A stretch of DNA of 64,000 bases from Camelus dromedarius (lineage: Eukaryota), in assembly GCF_036321535.1 (NCBI RefSeq), contig NC_087436.1:114144001-114208000 (forward strand). The letters are read 5' to 3'. A program made the position numbers and the translations under genes. Below the pieces are notes generated by a model. The model made no database searches and had not been told where the DNA came from. It saw nothing but the letters and a program-made list of their open reading frames with translations. Numbering within the stretch: the first letter of the stretch is position 1; the number at the start of each line of letters is the position of its first letter. This document shows positions 62,681 through 64,000 of the stretch, piece by piece.

Positions 62681-64000
62681 GCCCTGAGGGGCCTATGTCC
62701 TCTCCCCTTCTCTGCAGCATGGGTTGCAGTTCCTCAGGGGTCCCTTGTGTCTAATGCCTTTTCTTCCCCTCTGCATGACCCTTCCTTCATCCTCTCCATG
62801 TTCTTCTACCCACTTCTCACCAGGAAGCAAGATGTCTCTACTAGAAGGCTACGGCAATTTTCTGATCCCTAACTCTTTATCGCCATTTTGATTGGGGGTC
62901 ACACCTACATCCTGCCCCCTGGGATATGATTTTTCCAGGCCCTACATTGGGTAGCTGCTCCGGAGTTAAGCTCCAATCTCCAATTCAAGTTTAACCTGCC
63001 ATGAAACTGACTTCTTTTTAATCATTATTTGGCTCCTGGAGCTGTTTTCCAATTGGTTCAAAGCCCACAGATGAGGGGCTGTGAGTAATTAGTGCCCTCA
63101 AATTCAATCCAGAGGTCCAGACTCCTAGAGAATTTTTTGCTTTGTGTCAACCTTGAGTAACATGAAAAGCAATGGCCCAAATTTGATCCCTAAATTATAT
63201 AACATATTCCACTACCTAAGGCCCTCACTCAGCAATCCTGTAGTGGTTGCCCATTGTCCAAGCATCATTTGAAGTTTGTGCCTCACTGAGAACATTGCAG
63301 GACCTCCTCACAGCTCTCTCTGTGTCAGGTGTTGAGTGGAGCTCATGCCTGTTTGCCGATTGACTGAGTGTTGTTACAACGCAAAAGAAGAATGACTCTC
63401 TAAGCGCTGCCCATTTAGGTCATTCTTGACTTGGATAGACGTTATTCTCAGTCACTGGCAACATGACAGGGCAAAAAGAACGGGCGACTGAGGATAAGGA
63501 ATGCCTCGTCTTACTAATTTAGATGAAATATATGTCTAAATTTGATGAATTTAGGTAACAAATCATTTGGCAAATCACTTGCCCTTTTGAGCATCCATCC
63601 CCTTGTCTATAAAATTAGGCTCTTTGCACTGATGTCTAAGCTCTCTCCTACTTCAAACATACTCTCAACTCTATGGATGTAATCGTAGTTTCAGCCCAGC
63701 ATTAACAGATTCAGGCAGACACACCCACCCTGTGCCTCCCCACTGACTCTGGCCTGCAGAAGAGCCCAACAAGCATTTTTTTTTTTTCAGGCACCAGAGG
63801 ATCAGGCAGGCTGTTGAACCACGATATCAAACTCCAGTCAGATGATCCCCCACTGGGTTTTTAAATCAACATGGAATGGTTCTGACCCAGTGTGAAGGCA
63901 GCTGAAACTGACAATCCAAAGGTGGCTATGGGAGATGTCCTGAGGAGTACCCTTGATAATTAAAATGAACAAAGATGTTCCTTTCATCGAGGTATCAAAA

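Noticed and set aside
1..64000. Prokaryote-type systems (CRISPR, operons) or a nameable host gene
   Set aside because: The sequence is mammalian repeat-rich DNA with no repeat-spacer array, and no exon was found that would name the surrounding gene.

Overview
This is mammalian (eutherian) non-genic or deep-intronic DNA made up mostly of transposable elements. I found no intact host protein-coding exon, RNA gene or CRISPR array. The young repeats are all LINE-1, and I saw no Alu, B1, Bov-A, PRE-1 or SINEC elements, which suggests a camelid-like artiodactyl (inference only). The main feature is a ~7.1 kb full-length L1 on the minus strand (12460-19567). It has a CpG-rich 5'UTR with a YY1 site, a disrupted ORF1 and ORF2, and a 17-bp target-site duplication (TSD), and it sits inside an older L1. 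Other repeats include an ERV1-type solo LTR with a 4-bp TSD, MLT1/MLT2 LTRs, hAT and Tigger MITEs, and many MIR, L2 and CR1 relics. The most unusual items are by-products of L1 activity: (1) a TSD-flanked ~400-bp insertion carrying a KLHDC1-like coding fragment oriented opposite to its poly(A) tail; (2) a young internal L1 ORF2 fragment with no poly(A) or TSD that looks like a break-repair patch; (3) a short L1 with a 24-nt 3' transduction; (4) a twin-primed, inverted L1. Three repeat-poor, motif-dense segments are candidate enhancers. Repeat family names come from recalled consensus sequences, not from a search.
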